This document shows, in pieces, positions 12,605 through 25,532 of a stretch of DNA of 64,000 bases (position 1 is the first letter of the stretch; the number at the start of each line of letters is the position of its first letter). The stretch covers positions 30,938,001 through 31,002,000 of the forward strand of contig NW_025963779.1 in NCBI RefSeq assembly GCF_023055435.1, read 5' to 3'. Below the pieces are notes generated by a model that made no database searches, was not told the origin of the DNA, and saw only the letters and a list, made by a program, of their open reading frames with translations. The translations under genes were made by a program, and so were the position numbers. The stretch is from Haliotis rufescens. Lineage: Eukaryota.

Positions 12605-13245
12605 TTGGTAGTGACATGCTAATTGTAAGTGACAAATAAAAGCAAACGCTTTAGTCAAAATTAGTGTCGTTCACGATCAGCCGATTCCTTCCCTGTTCAG
12701 TTACCTCCCTTTGATTATTCACCATTGACTGGTTAAGGGCAGGGGCCAATTGATCTGTGTTATAGGTCTTCCTTTCTGTGCGAGTATGTGGTGACTTTAC
12801 AGGAAGTATGTTCAATGGTCAGGCCCACTATAAAAAAAACCCTGTGTTTACGGAAGCTGACCCCCCGGCGCAAAAACCCTGCGGTGACCCCACGTGGTGA
12901 AACTGACCAAGGGGCTTTGATGAATAGACCAAATAGTCATGTTTGTTACAACTATGACTGTTAAAGACATGTTTGTGGTTTTCAAGGTGGTCCTTTGGTA
13001 TCAGCATTAAGCAGAGCATGAATAATTATTTTTGTCGATGCGTGTTATAGTACGGTAGCAAAAATTAATACGTCGGGGTACACCGAATATTGGCTTCACA
13101 CAGTACCAATGTGGGGGGTCGAACCCCCGACCTTTGCATGACCAGCGAGCGTTTTACCAATGGGTTTAGTGTGGTAGACGTTAATTAGATTTATATGTTC
13201 TATAGCGACGTCTAGACATATATTTTACACGCGAAGGAATACATA

Positions 13246-13417
13246 CAGTAAACTAAGTTTATAACGAACACGCTTATAACGAACTGACGGATATAACGAA
13301 CTTACTTTTTTGTCCCGACTATTTGCTGTAGTTATGCTGTATATAAGCTTATAACTACGGTTATAACGAACTAAAATTAGTGGTCCCTTTGAGTTCGTTA
13401 TAACCGTAGTTTACTGT
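13246..13417. mobile_element. Tc1/mariner (pogo/Tigger-like) MITE; copies at 14892-15057, 15201-15376, 43928-44104
   Basis: TIR CAGTAAACTACGGTTATAACGAAC with TA target duplication; four ~175-bp copies. Confidence 0.8.
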
Positions 13418-16068
13418 ACACAGAAAACACAACTGAATCAATTTGTACATAACTAGGTTCACTATGAATGAGCAAATTAATGTATGTAATTTTGTTTGTT
13501 TGATTGTTGAACCCCGCAATCGGCAATATTCAATTGCACGAAATATGACGGCAACTGTAAATAATGGTGTCTGGACAAAACAAACCACTAAGTGATATTA
13601 GGATCCATGTCGAAGCCCGTTTCACAAAGCGACCGTCACGATTCGACTGTCGTGAGTCTATGTTAAAGTTAGGTGTTAGCCGTAGCGCTACGATCGCTTT
13701 GTAAACGGGGGTCATCTCTTTCGACTGGCATGTGTGGCTGGGAATCTGCTTTTGATAGGGATATGTTTTTTTCCATGCTACACAAAACTGATTCTCATAT
13801 GTCAAGTGTATATTAAAATATATAGAGATTATTATACAAGCATATGTGTTACACTGATTTTACGAAACGAGTGTCAGAATTTGTGTATTTCCCGAGCGAG
13901 AGCGCGGTTAATGCAAGCATTCTTTCACAAAACCAGTGTAACACACATGCGAGTATAATAATTTCTTTATTTGCCATTAATTCTTCATTATTTTTTAGCC
14001 CCCTTTAGAAAAATGCACCGATCACGACTGCCATCTTAGAAAAACCACACTTGTCGAAAAACATCAACAATCTTCAGCTATGACGTCATTCCGACCTTAC
14101 GTCACAATAAGATTCGAAGGACGCCAACAATGCCGTCCACAAGACGTAAACAATACACTGGTGCGCGTGAAGTGTTATTTGCAGGAGTGCACATGCGATT
14201 TTTATGATCTCGGTTATTTCTAACCTTATAAATGACATATCTGATTATCCCTATCAAAATGTGAGTAGTATAGGTAAACGCAATGGTAGATGGATTGGTA
14301 ATGGTTCCGAAGATTTTGTTGGATGTGTTTACTATAAACTGAAAGACATAATTATATTTCAACACAGGCCCATGCTCAAAGCGCTACACCATTATTACGT
14401 CGGTCAATGTATCAACGTCCACTCAATAAACATTCTCAGCTCCCTGGGCAGTATACAACCCATGCTGCCTCTGAGGCGCTTAAAGGTTATCAACCACATT
14501 GTCATCTCATCCTACCGGGTACCCATTCACTAATGGGTAAACAGAGGCACATTTCGAACAAAGTCACCTGCCCAAACTGGTGAGTGAGTTTTGTTTTACA
14601 GAGCTTTTAGCAATATACCGGCAATATCACGGTGGGGTCACACCAGAAATGTGCTTTACACATTGTACTTATGTGAGAATCGAACGTGACGAGCGAACGT
14701 CTTAACCACTAGGCTATCCCACCTCCCCCCTGCCCAAAGAGACACCGGATATGTTGCATGTGCTTCAGTGTGCGACAGGACCCTAGAAACTCTCAGGAGC
14801 TGCTGAAGAGGCACCCATTCAACTACTCTCCGCGATCATAACTTGACCTGATTTGTGACGTGTGAGCTTTGCACCAAAGGACATACAGATACAGTAAACT
14901 ACGAACTCAAAGGGACCACTAATTTTAGTTCGTTGTAGCCGTGGTTCGTTATATGCATACATACAGCATAACTACAGCAAATAGTCGGGACAAAAAAGTA
15001 AGTTCGTTATATCCGTCAGTTCGTTATAAGAGTGTTCGTTATAACCGTAGTTTACTTTAAATGTAAACATATACCAATGTGAGTGAACATGAGAAGATCA
15101 ATATTCTAGTTGAAGGGTACCTTACATTCATTAGCTACCTAGCTATAGCTAAGGCCTTTCATAATTAACGAAAAGAGTAATTGAATAATCGGTTAGATAT
15201 ACAGCAAACTATGGTTATAACGAACTCAAAGGGACCACTAAATTTAGTTCGTCATAACCGTAGTTCGCTATAAGCACATTTACAGCATATATATAGCAAA
15301 TAGACGGGACCAAAAAACAGTTAGTTATATCCGTCAGTTCCTTATAAGCGTTTTCGTTGTAAACGTAGTTTACTGTATAAACATATGTATGTACAGTATA
15401 TTATGTTTTGCGTATTCACATGTAGCCAAATAGATGAGGATATATATATATATCGTCTAATAAAGACATATATTTATAAAGTAATAAGTGATGAAATACT
15501 AAATATATTAATGAAATATAAAATCCATATTTTACTCAAGTGAAAAAAACATTATTCTGGAACTACTTTCAGTCTGTGTCAATATCACAATGGTTGTAAT
15601 AGTGACATACTGAAGATCTGTAAGAAAATAAATAGTAATACATACTTACGTCATTAGGCAAGGTGAACGTTGATACGAGAAGCAAATCGATAGAACAAAT
15701 CCACGTTAATAACAACCAACTGATGTTGTCAAATCCTATTATCTGGCCATTTATGCTTCAAAGTATACGCACAAGCTCACAGAAGAATGCCATACATGCA
15801 TATGGTAGAATGCTGGGGTATTAGCCTTCAGCTTCGCAACCAACTTGAGACTAAATGAAAGTCCAGATAATCCGCACAGGATTATTGGCAGGGTATTAGT
15901 GATTAACTCACTACGCAGGGTATTGCTCAGAAAAAGTCACAGGAACTCGATTAGATGGTAACCTGTCGTGAAATGGAAAATTGTACAGCCAGCAGAGTTA
16001 ATGAAAACCGTTATGTGAAGGAATAGATAACTGGAACCTAGACAATTGTACTAGGAGTAGATCTTGAC

Positions 16069-19000
16069 ATGGATTGTCTGCGGGTGACTATTTTCCTTTC
16101 AACGGGTAAGTCTTCATAGATAGCCAGAACAAGTTCTTAAATCATAATGTAAGACTATTTCTATGTAAAAAACAGGCCTATGTCACCTGGAGCCCGCCAA
16201 AAGTTGAAGATTTCTGCCAGGTGACAAGACGACGAACATATAAGTGTTTTATATATTCCTATTCCGAAAACCATTATGTCTTTGAGGAAGACTGAATGTA
16301 GTTCCAACGTAATGTGCTATTTCACTCGAGTGAAAAAATAATTTAATATTGTATTTCATCAATGAATACATATTATATGTTCTTTTGTAATGTCGTATGA
16401 TATATCGAATGAAAATGAAGTCATTCTGTTCATACATGTTCATACATGTTATACATTTAGTGTTCACTTTGGTTTATATCAGGGAGCACGGGAAGCCAAG
16501 TCGTGTAAGGCGCCGCAATTGGCTGTGCAGAGTTGCGTCCCTTGGAGACGCCAGAAACCTATGGTAATGGGTTCGAATCCCGGTTCGCCCCGATTATGTT
16601 CCTAGGTTTGTCAGCACCATACCTGTGCTCATGGGTTTCACCAAAGTGGTGGACGTCTGAGACCTGCATCACTTTGGGCTTTCCACTCCCATTAAGCTGA
16701 CATACGCCGTGATGTAACTGGAATACTGTTCAAAGCGGCGTTATACCCAACTCACTTACTCACTCGTTTGTATCACTCTAACTTAGCTACTAGTATCTTA
16801 AACAAATCACACATAAGCTTAAACACTAATTTTTCATGTCACACGTTGTTTATATGAGTATGCTAGATAATATTTATGTAATGTTATGATAAACGCATTT
16901 CTTACAAAAATGTCATTTTGTAGTTTGGTACTTTTCTTAATGTTTCTGCGTCAAACGAATCATAATGTATCCTTATATATACAGCATGACATGTTATTGA
17001 TATTGATTGCATATATCATATACCCTCATCTTCACAGCATGACATGTTATTGATGTCAATTATATATATCATATATCTTCATATATACAGCATGACATGT
17101 TATTGATATAATTTTTTAATTTATCGTTTACACGATATGCGGCTTTTCCATTGGACGAGAGATCGGTCACATGACCGCGAAACTGACGTTCATAGGTGTA
17201 TGAACGACACAATTTGACGTTCATACTTTTTTCACGAGGTCGCAAGCTCCGACGTTCATACAGTTTGGCCCTCACTCTATGAAGGTTCATACTCCAATGA
17301 ACTCACACAAAGTGAAGGTCAATTCTTAAATGAATTGCATGTATCATATATCTTCATATGTACAGCATGACGTGTTATTGATGTCAACTGCACATATCAT
17401 ATACCTTCATATGTACAGCATGACGTGTTATTGATGTCAACTGCACATATCATATACCTTCATATGTACAGCATGACGTTACATTAATGTCAACTGCACA
17501 TATCATATACCTTCATATGTACAGCATGACGTTACATTGATGTCAACTGCACATATCTTATACCTTCATATGTACAGCATGACGTTACATTGATGTCAAC
17601 TGCACATATCATATACCTTCATATGTACAGCATGACGTGTTATTAATGTCAATTGCACATCAGTATTCCAGGTATGCAAGGGGGGCAGTACGTCTCTGAC
17701 AGTGAGCAGAACGCCTCAGTACTTCACCTCACCTGCGTACCCCAGCAACTATGGAAGGTAAAAACATTCAACAGTGATTTTTACAAAACTCTAAGCATAG
17801 TTCCAATACTACTCGGTGTGCCTACGTGACGCAGTTGTCTCAGGGCACCACATAGTTGCGTCCCTTATGTGTGTCAGGATCCTAAGACCGTTGTTTCGAA
17901 TCCTAGATTCCTGTTGATTATGATCCTTGGTAACTATATCTGTGTTCTCTGAAAGGGAAACGTCTACCATCTGCACACGATCGGCCTGCACCTCACATTT
18001 CTTTCACTTTCCCAAGACTGTTATGCAAGATGACACAATAGATGATACATGTACGGGTTTTTTACAAATAAGTTTGAAAGGGGGCAATAGCTATTAGATT
18101 AGGCCATATGAAAAAAGACACGCATTATACTACTTATGATATATTATTAAATGTTATATTTCTGTAAGCACTAAAGATATATGTTTCTTATAATTGCAAT
18201 AGATGTTTCGACTTTGCATAAAGATGATATTTACCCCTTGAAGCTTTCAATAGCAATCTCATTATAATGAAATCTAAGTTCTCGAACTTAGATCTGATTT
18301 TAATGAGATTGCTTTCAATAAATGGCTGTGCGCTTTTAATACTTGATATATGAATATGTTTCTTGGCTAACTGTAATACATGATAATGTATTTTCATATT
18401 TTCTTTCAAAAACAAACAGAATTGATAATGCTGTAACATGAAACATATCTTGAAGGTAGTGGTCCAATTGTTGTTCTTGTTCTCTTCAGAAACCATTATT
18501 AACATCACGTTCAATATAAACGTGGAATATACTTTCATTTGAGCTTTCCCATCACGTTATTCAGACACATCGTGATTTGAGTGAAATACTCATTAAAGCG
18601 GTGTTAAACTGTAAATATTTCCATGAAGGTAAACACTTCCCGAATCCGTTTTACGGCGTTCCAGTGAGTGAGTGAGTGAGTTACGTTAAACGTCGCTTTG
18701 AACAGTATTTCTGTTATGATGACGGTGTGACAGCTTGATGTGGGAGGAAAGCCCAATGTGATGCAGGTATTAGGCATTTGCCACTTTGGTGAAACCCACG
18801 AGGACGGGAGTGCTGACAAACATAGAAAACTCAAAAAGGCAATTCAATTGGTCAAGTGAGTGGCAGCAGCAACGAGAAACAGGCCTTAATTTTAGTGCAC
18901 TCTAGAATATTCAGAATATTGTCATGGTTGAATGTTCTGAAAGACCCCTCTCAATTCTTGAATCCAGAAATCGGAAGTCCAGTGTTGGAAGCGGGCAGGG

Positions 19001-22000
19001 TGTGGTTGTTTATAGGCTGGTATCAAAATTGCACTTGGCAAGTAATTTAGAAGCAAATCATGTCGAAAAGCCTACGAATCGCCCCTCTGTCGCTTTTATA
19101 CAGCCAGCCTGCTATTAACTGTCCCATCCAGAAACTTCTAGAAAGTCTGCCGTCTTCATGTTTACAACAAGGGCAGATAACTCTGGAACATTCCACCAGC
19201 TGATGTTGACTGCTGTGACCCATTGATGACCACAGTCATGCAATGTGCCGTGTATTGTTTTCTTCAGTTAAACACTTGACTTGCCTCTGCTTGTGTTTGT
19301 GACAGGCAACACTGCTGGGGCAGGATACGCTTACCTTATCGCGAATACCTGGTATCATCACTATTAGATAGTTGTTTATAAACACATGCTGATAATATAG
19401 TCGTTCAAAGGATTTTGTCGCGTTTATTTAGATATGAAGACGAAAGCTGGTATTTGACGGCGAACGATTCAAGTGACGTCATCACACTTGAGGTCGAGGA
19501 CGCCGACTTAGAGTACTCCAGTACATGTGCGTACGACTACGTCATCCTATTCGACGGTAGGTGACGTCATCTCTGGAATGACCCATGTGCGGTCATTGGG
19601 CTGACTGGGGCCCCAGTGTACCACGCCTGCCGTAAGTGAGTGAATGTTGTTTGACGACGCAATATATGATGGTGGTCTGCCATAAGAGTCGGTTACAATG
19701 TGGATCGGATGGTTTTATGTTTGACCTGCTGGTTGTGTATCGACGTACGTACGCACACAAAGTCGTGTACAGTAGCTCGTTGTCAACTATTGATTTGTCT
19801 CGCATAAACACATTCAAACAGTTTTGTGGTTGAGAAATTTCCAAATCTGACGCATCAGCGAAAAAATTGATACAATATCCTATTTTGACTTGCCTTCAGG
19901 TGCTAATGTTATAGTCAAGATCATACAATGGACTTTACTTTAAGCAGAGATTTCTTCTGGTTATGGAAAAGGTTATTTACGGGTCCAGTGATATAACTGT
20001 AACATATCTGTCGTAAGGTCACATTCAACATTCACTTCTCAATTGTGTTACCCGTGAAGATCCGAGGTAGAACAGATCTTCAGCAACCCTTGCTTGTAGT
20101 AAAGGGCGACTAACGGAATCGGGTGGTCAGGCTCGCTGACTTGCTTGATGCATGTCATCGATCCCAATTGCGTGGACCGATGCTCATGATGTCAATCACT
20201 GGATTGTCTGGTCCAGACTCGATTATTTACAGACCGCCGTCATATTGCTGAGTGCGGCGTTAAACAACAAACAAACCAAACCAAACCTCATTTGTGTTTA
20301 ATGCACAATACAGCCATCAGCGAGTGGAGGTAAGTAGATGTCGCCTTAATAAGACGCACTGTGTGATATTCTAGGGGATGGGCCTGGAAGACGCATTTTG
20401 GGGGGAATCTAACAAAACACATTTCACAACATATTTTTTGTAGGACCAAGCATGTTCTGCGAAAATATAATTTCTACTGATTTTACTAGTTACTTCTGGT
20501 ACACATTACTTTGTAAATAAATCTGGACTGTTAACTCCGACAGTGTCTGTCTTCGCACAACGAAGATGTTACGACGCATGGCTTTTGCGATTATCTGAAA
20601 TGCATCGGGTCTGTTAATTGTTAATTTGGTTGTCAAATTTACATGTGTATATGAATAATCTTGATTTGTTATAACCAAGCTCCTTTTCATTGCTAGACAT
20701 GTACATGAATACTATTACTTTTAGTCGCACTCAAGCGTTGTAAGAAGAAAGGATTGGATATCAATGTCTTTCATTCTTTCAAAGAGGCATCTTTTCAGAA
20801 ACGTGTACATTTATCAAGCGACATCCTAGTGTAGGTGCTGGAACGTCGCACTGAAAGAAGAAAAGTCATTCATGGCTGTATATTATAATGATGGGAATTA
20901 TCATTCTACTGGTGTTTCTTTTCTGCAGGTCCCAGCTCTCTAAGTCCAGTACTCAAGAGGTTTTGCGGCACCAGCGAGCCCACGGTTACCAGTAGTTCCC
21001 AGCACGTGCACGTCAAATTCAACACTGACGGCACCGTGAATAGACGTGGATTCAACATCAGATACTGGAGTGCGTGGTCAAGGTCATTTAGAATCGAATA
21101 AGTGATAGCAAGATTAGCTAGGGGCCTTTTGACAGAATATTTTCAAAAGATACCATTTATTTCTCATAAACGAGGAGCAGATACTTTTCTAGAACCATTT
21201 ACTTACTTTATGAAATTCCCAACTCGTGTTTGAAGAACATCAACAACTTCCAACATTACGTTCGCCATGGATCCTGGGTCTTTCTCACAGACTAAGATGG
21301 TAAACCGAAAAGTGTAAAAATCCAACTCGCTCACCTCACTTGTCCGAAATAACGTTTTGAATGAATTTTAATACATATCCACGTGACTGTCTTTATAAAA
21401 CAAACGGTAACGTAAGCAATTCTAATCATTTACTTAGTTTATTTCTGTCAATGTAAACTATCGATATGCAGCTTATTAACAGGCAATTGTCATCCAGATA
21501 TAATGGTCGTGTTTTTGTGTTTAACGCTGCACTGTGCAATATACCAGCTACAAGACAGCGGCTTTATTAACAGTTGAAACACATGGGTTGTTCGATTACA
21601 CGTTACACCCATGCAAGCAAGCTTTCTTAAGATTCAGCGGAAACCCATGCTTAACAAATTTGCATCTATGTTGTCATTAAGCGACTGCAGATGAGCTTTC
21701 GAATAATTTGAATGTTTCTTGTTTTTTCGCAAGCGTATTTAGAGTAAGCTTTGTTAAAACCATGCTAAGACTACACGATCATGATAATTATGAATAGATA
21801 CAAAAGATAACTGTTTGTTCTCTTTATCAGGCAGTGTCAAACTGACTTCTCCGAGTCCATTCAGTTCTCTTCCGATTCTTATAACCGCCGGAGTCGTAGT
21901 TGGGGCTGTAGTCGTCTTCGGCTTCGTACTCATTTGGTACCACTGTTGCTCCAAGAAACACGGGACGAACAGACAAGTGCGGCCTGCGACTCATGTTTCC

Positions 22001-22195
22001 TGGGACAATACCACGAGGGGGAGGCATCACCCTATGCACTTCCCTTACAACGCACCACGAGGTCAAACGTCCGCTGGCGATTCCATATTTTATAGTAACC
22101 CGAATGAAGCTCTTCCGGGTTATGGCTCACTCTATCCAACGTCTCCACCGCCCCCATACTCAGAGATTGAATTACGGGCGAGTCCAATAAATTGA
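16069..22195 (+). CDS. Single CUB-domain type I transmembrane protein (~253 aa) with a cytoplasmic PPxY motif. Exons 16069-16105, 17664-17757, 19432-19556, 20929-21069, 21831-22195
   Basis: Phase-consistent GT-AG exons encode a signal peptide MDCLRVTIFLSTVFQVCKG; CUB motifs FTSPAYPSNY, W..., DLEYSSTCAYDYVILFDG, RFCG, VHVKFNTDGTVNRRGFNIRY; a TM segment ILITAGVVVGAVVVFGFVLIWY followed by CC and KK; and a tail with LPGY and PPPPY. AATAAA at ~22288. Exon 1 is the least certain. Confidence 0.85.
16481..16764 (+). mobile_element. SINE family 3
   Basis: Full-length copy in CUB gene intron 1. Confidence 0.85.
16975..17660. repeat. 53-bp minisatellite; main array 17340-17660, older units from 16975
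   Basis: Unit GTACAGCATGACGTGTTATTGATGTCAACTGCACATATCATATACCTTCATAT. Confidence 0.9.
20050..20286 (+). mobile_element. SINE family 2, full length (single-hairpin subfamily)
   Basis: TSD CTCA(A/T)TTGTGTT; single hairpin module. Confidence 0.88.
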
Positions 22196-23129
22196 AAAGT
22201 TGAACAAAGTTTACTCATTCCAGAAATTGATGACATTTGGTCAACCATTTGCATTGTGCAATAGTACCAGATGTATGTACTTGTTTTAAATAAATAAAGT
22301 GCTCTAAAATTGTTTCGTGCATAATTAGTTGATGACACTTGAGATCATCGTATTCATTCTTCCCCGTGAGGATTCCTGGTTAGAACTGGTGCCCGCAGAC
22401 CTTAGCTGGTCGTGAGAAGCAACGTTAAGCGTCGTGTGGACAGGGTGGTGACTTTGTCTGTTGCCTGCAGTCGTGGAGCGTTGCTCAAGTAAGAGGCGAC
22501 TAACGGGATCGGGTGGTCAGACTCGCTGACTTGGTTGATGCATGTCATCGTATTCCAATTCGCCGCACTCAGTTATATTCCAGCTATATGACGGCGGTCT
22601 GTAAATATTCGAGTCTGTACCAGACAATCCAGTGGTTGACATCATGAGCATCGATCCACGCAATGGGGATACGATGACATGCATCAACCCTATCCCGTTG
22701 GTTACCTCTTACGACAAGCATGGGTTTCTGAAGACCTATTCTACCCCGGATCTTCACGGGTTTCATTCCCATGACATTTCGATCGTTTCACAAAGCGATC
22801 GTCGTCTTACACATTGCTCCAATGTGTCTGTCAGTGCTCCTATTTCTAAATAGACTTATGATATCCGCTTTTTGAAAAAGACCTAAATCCTTGGTTCAAC
22901 AGACAGACATATGCTGTCATGATATAGCTGGGACATGGAAATATGCCGACCGTGGTGTAAAACAACATTCACATATATTATAGCAAATGTTTAGTATATA
23001 AATATTGACATTGCTAGACTGGTTATAGGCTGTCCTGATATAGCTGTAATATTACTGACTTTCGGAAAACAGCATTGACTTCACCTTCACAAGAGCCCAT
23101 GTTTTAAAATAAAGTTATGTATAATCCTA

Positions 23130-23831
23130 GAGCACCGCCAAGTGTAAATTTATGTTTCTTGCATTTCGCAACACACTATTTAAAACAATTGGACATACCA
23201 CGCCATGCACCTTATAATGTACTTTTACAGATATTTGATCTCAAAATACTACCTGTTCTTCTCTACTGCTCAGAGATATGGGGCTTTCACCCGTCTCAAG
23301 ATGGCATCAATGTACATGATAGATTCTGTAAGAATATTTTACAATATGGGAGATTCGTCCCCAGTGTAGTTGCTCATGGTGAGCTTGGACGTTATTCACT
23401 TAAAGTCAATCAACATGTTCATATTGTCAAATATTGGCTCCGACTTGTTTCTCAAAAAACTAATATAATCCTTAGCCATGCTTATTCATATCAATACAAT
23501 CTGGCAGAAAAAGGAATAAATTGCTTGGCACTAAGAGACTTTGTCCATTTTGTCCAAGACCTGAAGTGGAATCTGAATATCATTTTTGTTTACAATGTCC
23601 ATACTATGACAGTTTGAGACGTAAGGTTCTACCTTATTATTTTTACACAAATGTAACTTTTGATAAATTTGTAACACTCTGTACATCTAAAACCCCATGC
23701 ATAATTAATACTTTAGCTAAATTTATATTTCTTGCTTTTAAAAAGCGTAATAACTTTCTCATTGGCGCTGAAATTGTCTAACTCTGATATCATGTATTGT
23801 ATAATGGGCCGGTGGCCCCTTTACTGAAATA

Positions 23832-23909
<78 letters not shown>
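23130..23909 (+). mobile_element. Degenerate LINE ORF2 3' fragment with (CT)n tail
   Basis: LQIFDLKILPVLLYCSEIWG...GELGRYSL...KYWLRL and RLCPFC..EVESEYHFCLQCPYY lie in different frames; AATAAA then (CT)n at 23835-23909. Confidence 0.78.
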
Positions 23910-23913
<4 letters not shown>

Positions 23914-24190
23914 TCCTTCACCGGAATACATGGATACATGATTGAATGAAGAACGGTTACCTAATTGCCATTCTTTCCCACGTTCGCATCTGTCAGAAAA
24001 TACGAGAGTTGGGCAAAATAGTTCTGAGCCTAACTGCGGTCGATTTGTCAACATAATTTCCACACACTTCAGCCAACGATGCTGGTGTGACTGGCTTCCT
24101 CTTGGTGGTGTAAAAAGTCTCCAACAGCAGACATGACTTCATCATCATTTGCATAATGCTTGCCAGACACCTCTTTCTTCAAGTTTGGGA

Positions 24191-24636
24191 CATCTTCCCG
24201 ATGCAAGGGAGTTAACTGACTATAGAAGTCGAGTTTCCACCCATGCTGAACTAGGTTGGAATTATGGAGTTATATATTGGCTGGACTAACGTGTTTATGC
24301 ATAGTCCAATCAAAAACATAGCATGAAAAGATACTTTAAATATCTTTTCATGTTTTAAATCAAGGTGCTCACGTAATTTGAAGCACTTCATGAAGTAAGA
24401 CCCGGTTTTTTTTCAATATAAATATTGATTAACGATCAGATCGTCTTCACTGGCGCCACCATTTTGTTTGAAGCAAATGCAAGTGATATCAGAGGTGGAA
24501 TCTGATTGGTCAATAGGAGGGACATAGGAGGGACATAACTCGTAATAGCCACCAGAACCCAGAAACTCAGAACTAGTTCGGCAAGGGTGGAAACTGGACT
24601 TTTACAGACAGGTAACACCCTTGCCTCGGGAAGATG
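24191..24636. mobile_element. MITE with ~65-bp TIRs; second copy at ~39980-40471 (PEBP-C intron 3)
   Basis: CATCTTCCCGA(G/T)GCAAGGG..TTTCCACCC..GAACTAG and its reverse complement at both loci. Confidence 0.7.
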
Positions 24637-24639
24637 AGT

Positions 24640-24785
24640 TTGGGAAGAAGTGGAAATTTGACGGTGACAAGTTTGGTGAATACGAAGGATGATCAATGAG
24701 TTTAAAGGCACATTCGTGCATTGCAACCATGGCAAAAACAGACTTGTGAACATGTGCATTGTCCTGTTGGAATAATTTCCTTATA
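24640..24785 (-). mobile_element. Mariner transposase relic
   Basis: LFQQDNAHVHKS...IDHPSYSPNLSPSNFHFFPN matches the mariner HDNARPH...HPPYSPDLAPSDFHLF motif. Confidence 0.75.
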
Positions 24786-25532
24786 AAGTAGATAGTATTG
24801 CACAGATCACAACAAATGATACTTTCTAAAAAAGAACATCTGTGCCAAAGGACCACGAATTTAATAATATAGTTTAATATATTGTAATGATTTCTGTTAG
24901 CCCCTGACCGCATGATTGTCTGGAAGTAATTTATCAAGACTGTATGGGTATAAACCAGACTGTATATATTATAAATAATATAAGAAATATTAGCCTCAAT
25001 ATATAACAGTATTGCTATGAGCCGCTTTTAGAACAATTGTACCCATATGGGGAATAACACCTGATGCTTTGACCACTGGGCTACTCTACCGGCCCATATA
25101 TACTTATTAGTTGAGGTGCAAAATGATCTGAAACGTTGCATAGTGGCAGCCACCTCTATAACGTACCCAAGCCTCACTACCCCCGACCCCAACCCCCTCC
25201 GGCACGGAGTATGGACACATTTCATATTTGAAACTAAAACATATTACTTTCTTAATTACTATGATTGCAGTCTGATATTGGAGATTCGGATCAATTGGGT
25301 CATATGTGTTAAACATGAGCCAGCCGCTTCTCTTTCATGCGGGCAACATGTTGAATCGACTTTCCATAAAAAAACATATACGGCAGTTATCTACCTTTTC
25401 ATAGAAATTTGCACAAAGTCAATATTACCGACTTGCACTTATTCAGGCTGTGGATTGGGCGACGTGGTGTCATTTGAAGAAATAACTAAGGCACCGTGTT
25501 TAGTCCTAAAACCGAGGTTCATCTGTTCAACT

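Noticed and set aside
14204-14533. 109-aa ORF between PEBP-A and the CUB gene
   Set aside because: No domain similarity or splice context; it overlaps repeat-like (old SINE) sequence.
17340-17660. CRISPR-like regular repeats (also 25870-26030)
   Set aside because: No unique spacers; these are simple eukaryotic minisatellites.
25116-25532. Upstream part of the 178-aa ORF
   Set aside because: Only the last ~39 codons match the PEBP leader and exon 1; the rest is an open frame through upstream DNA.
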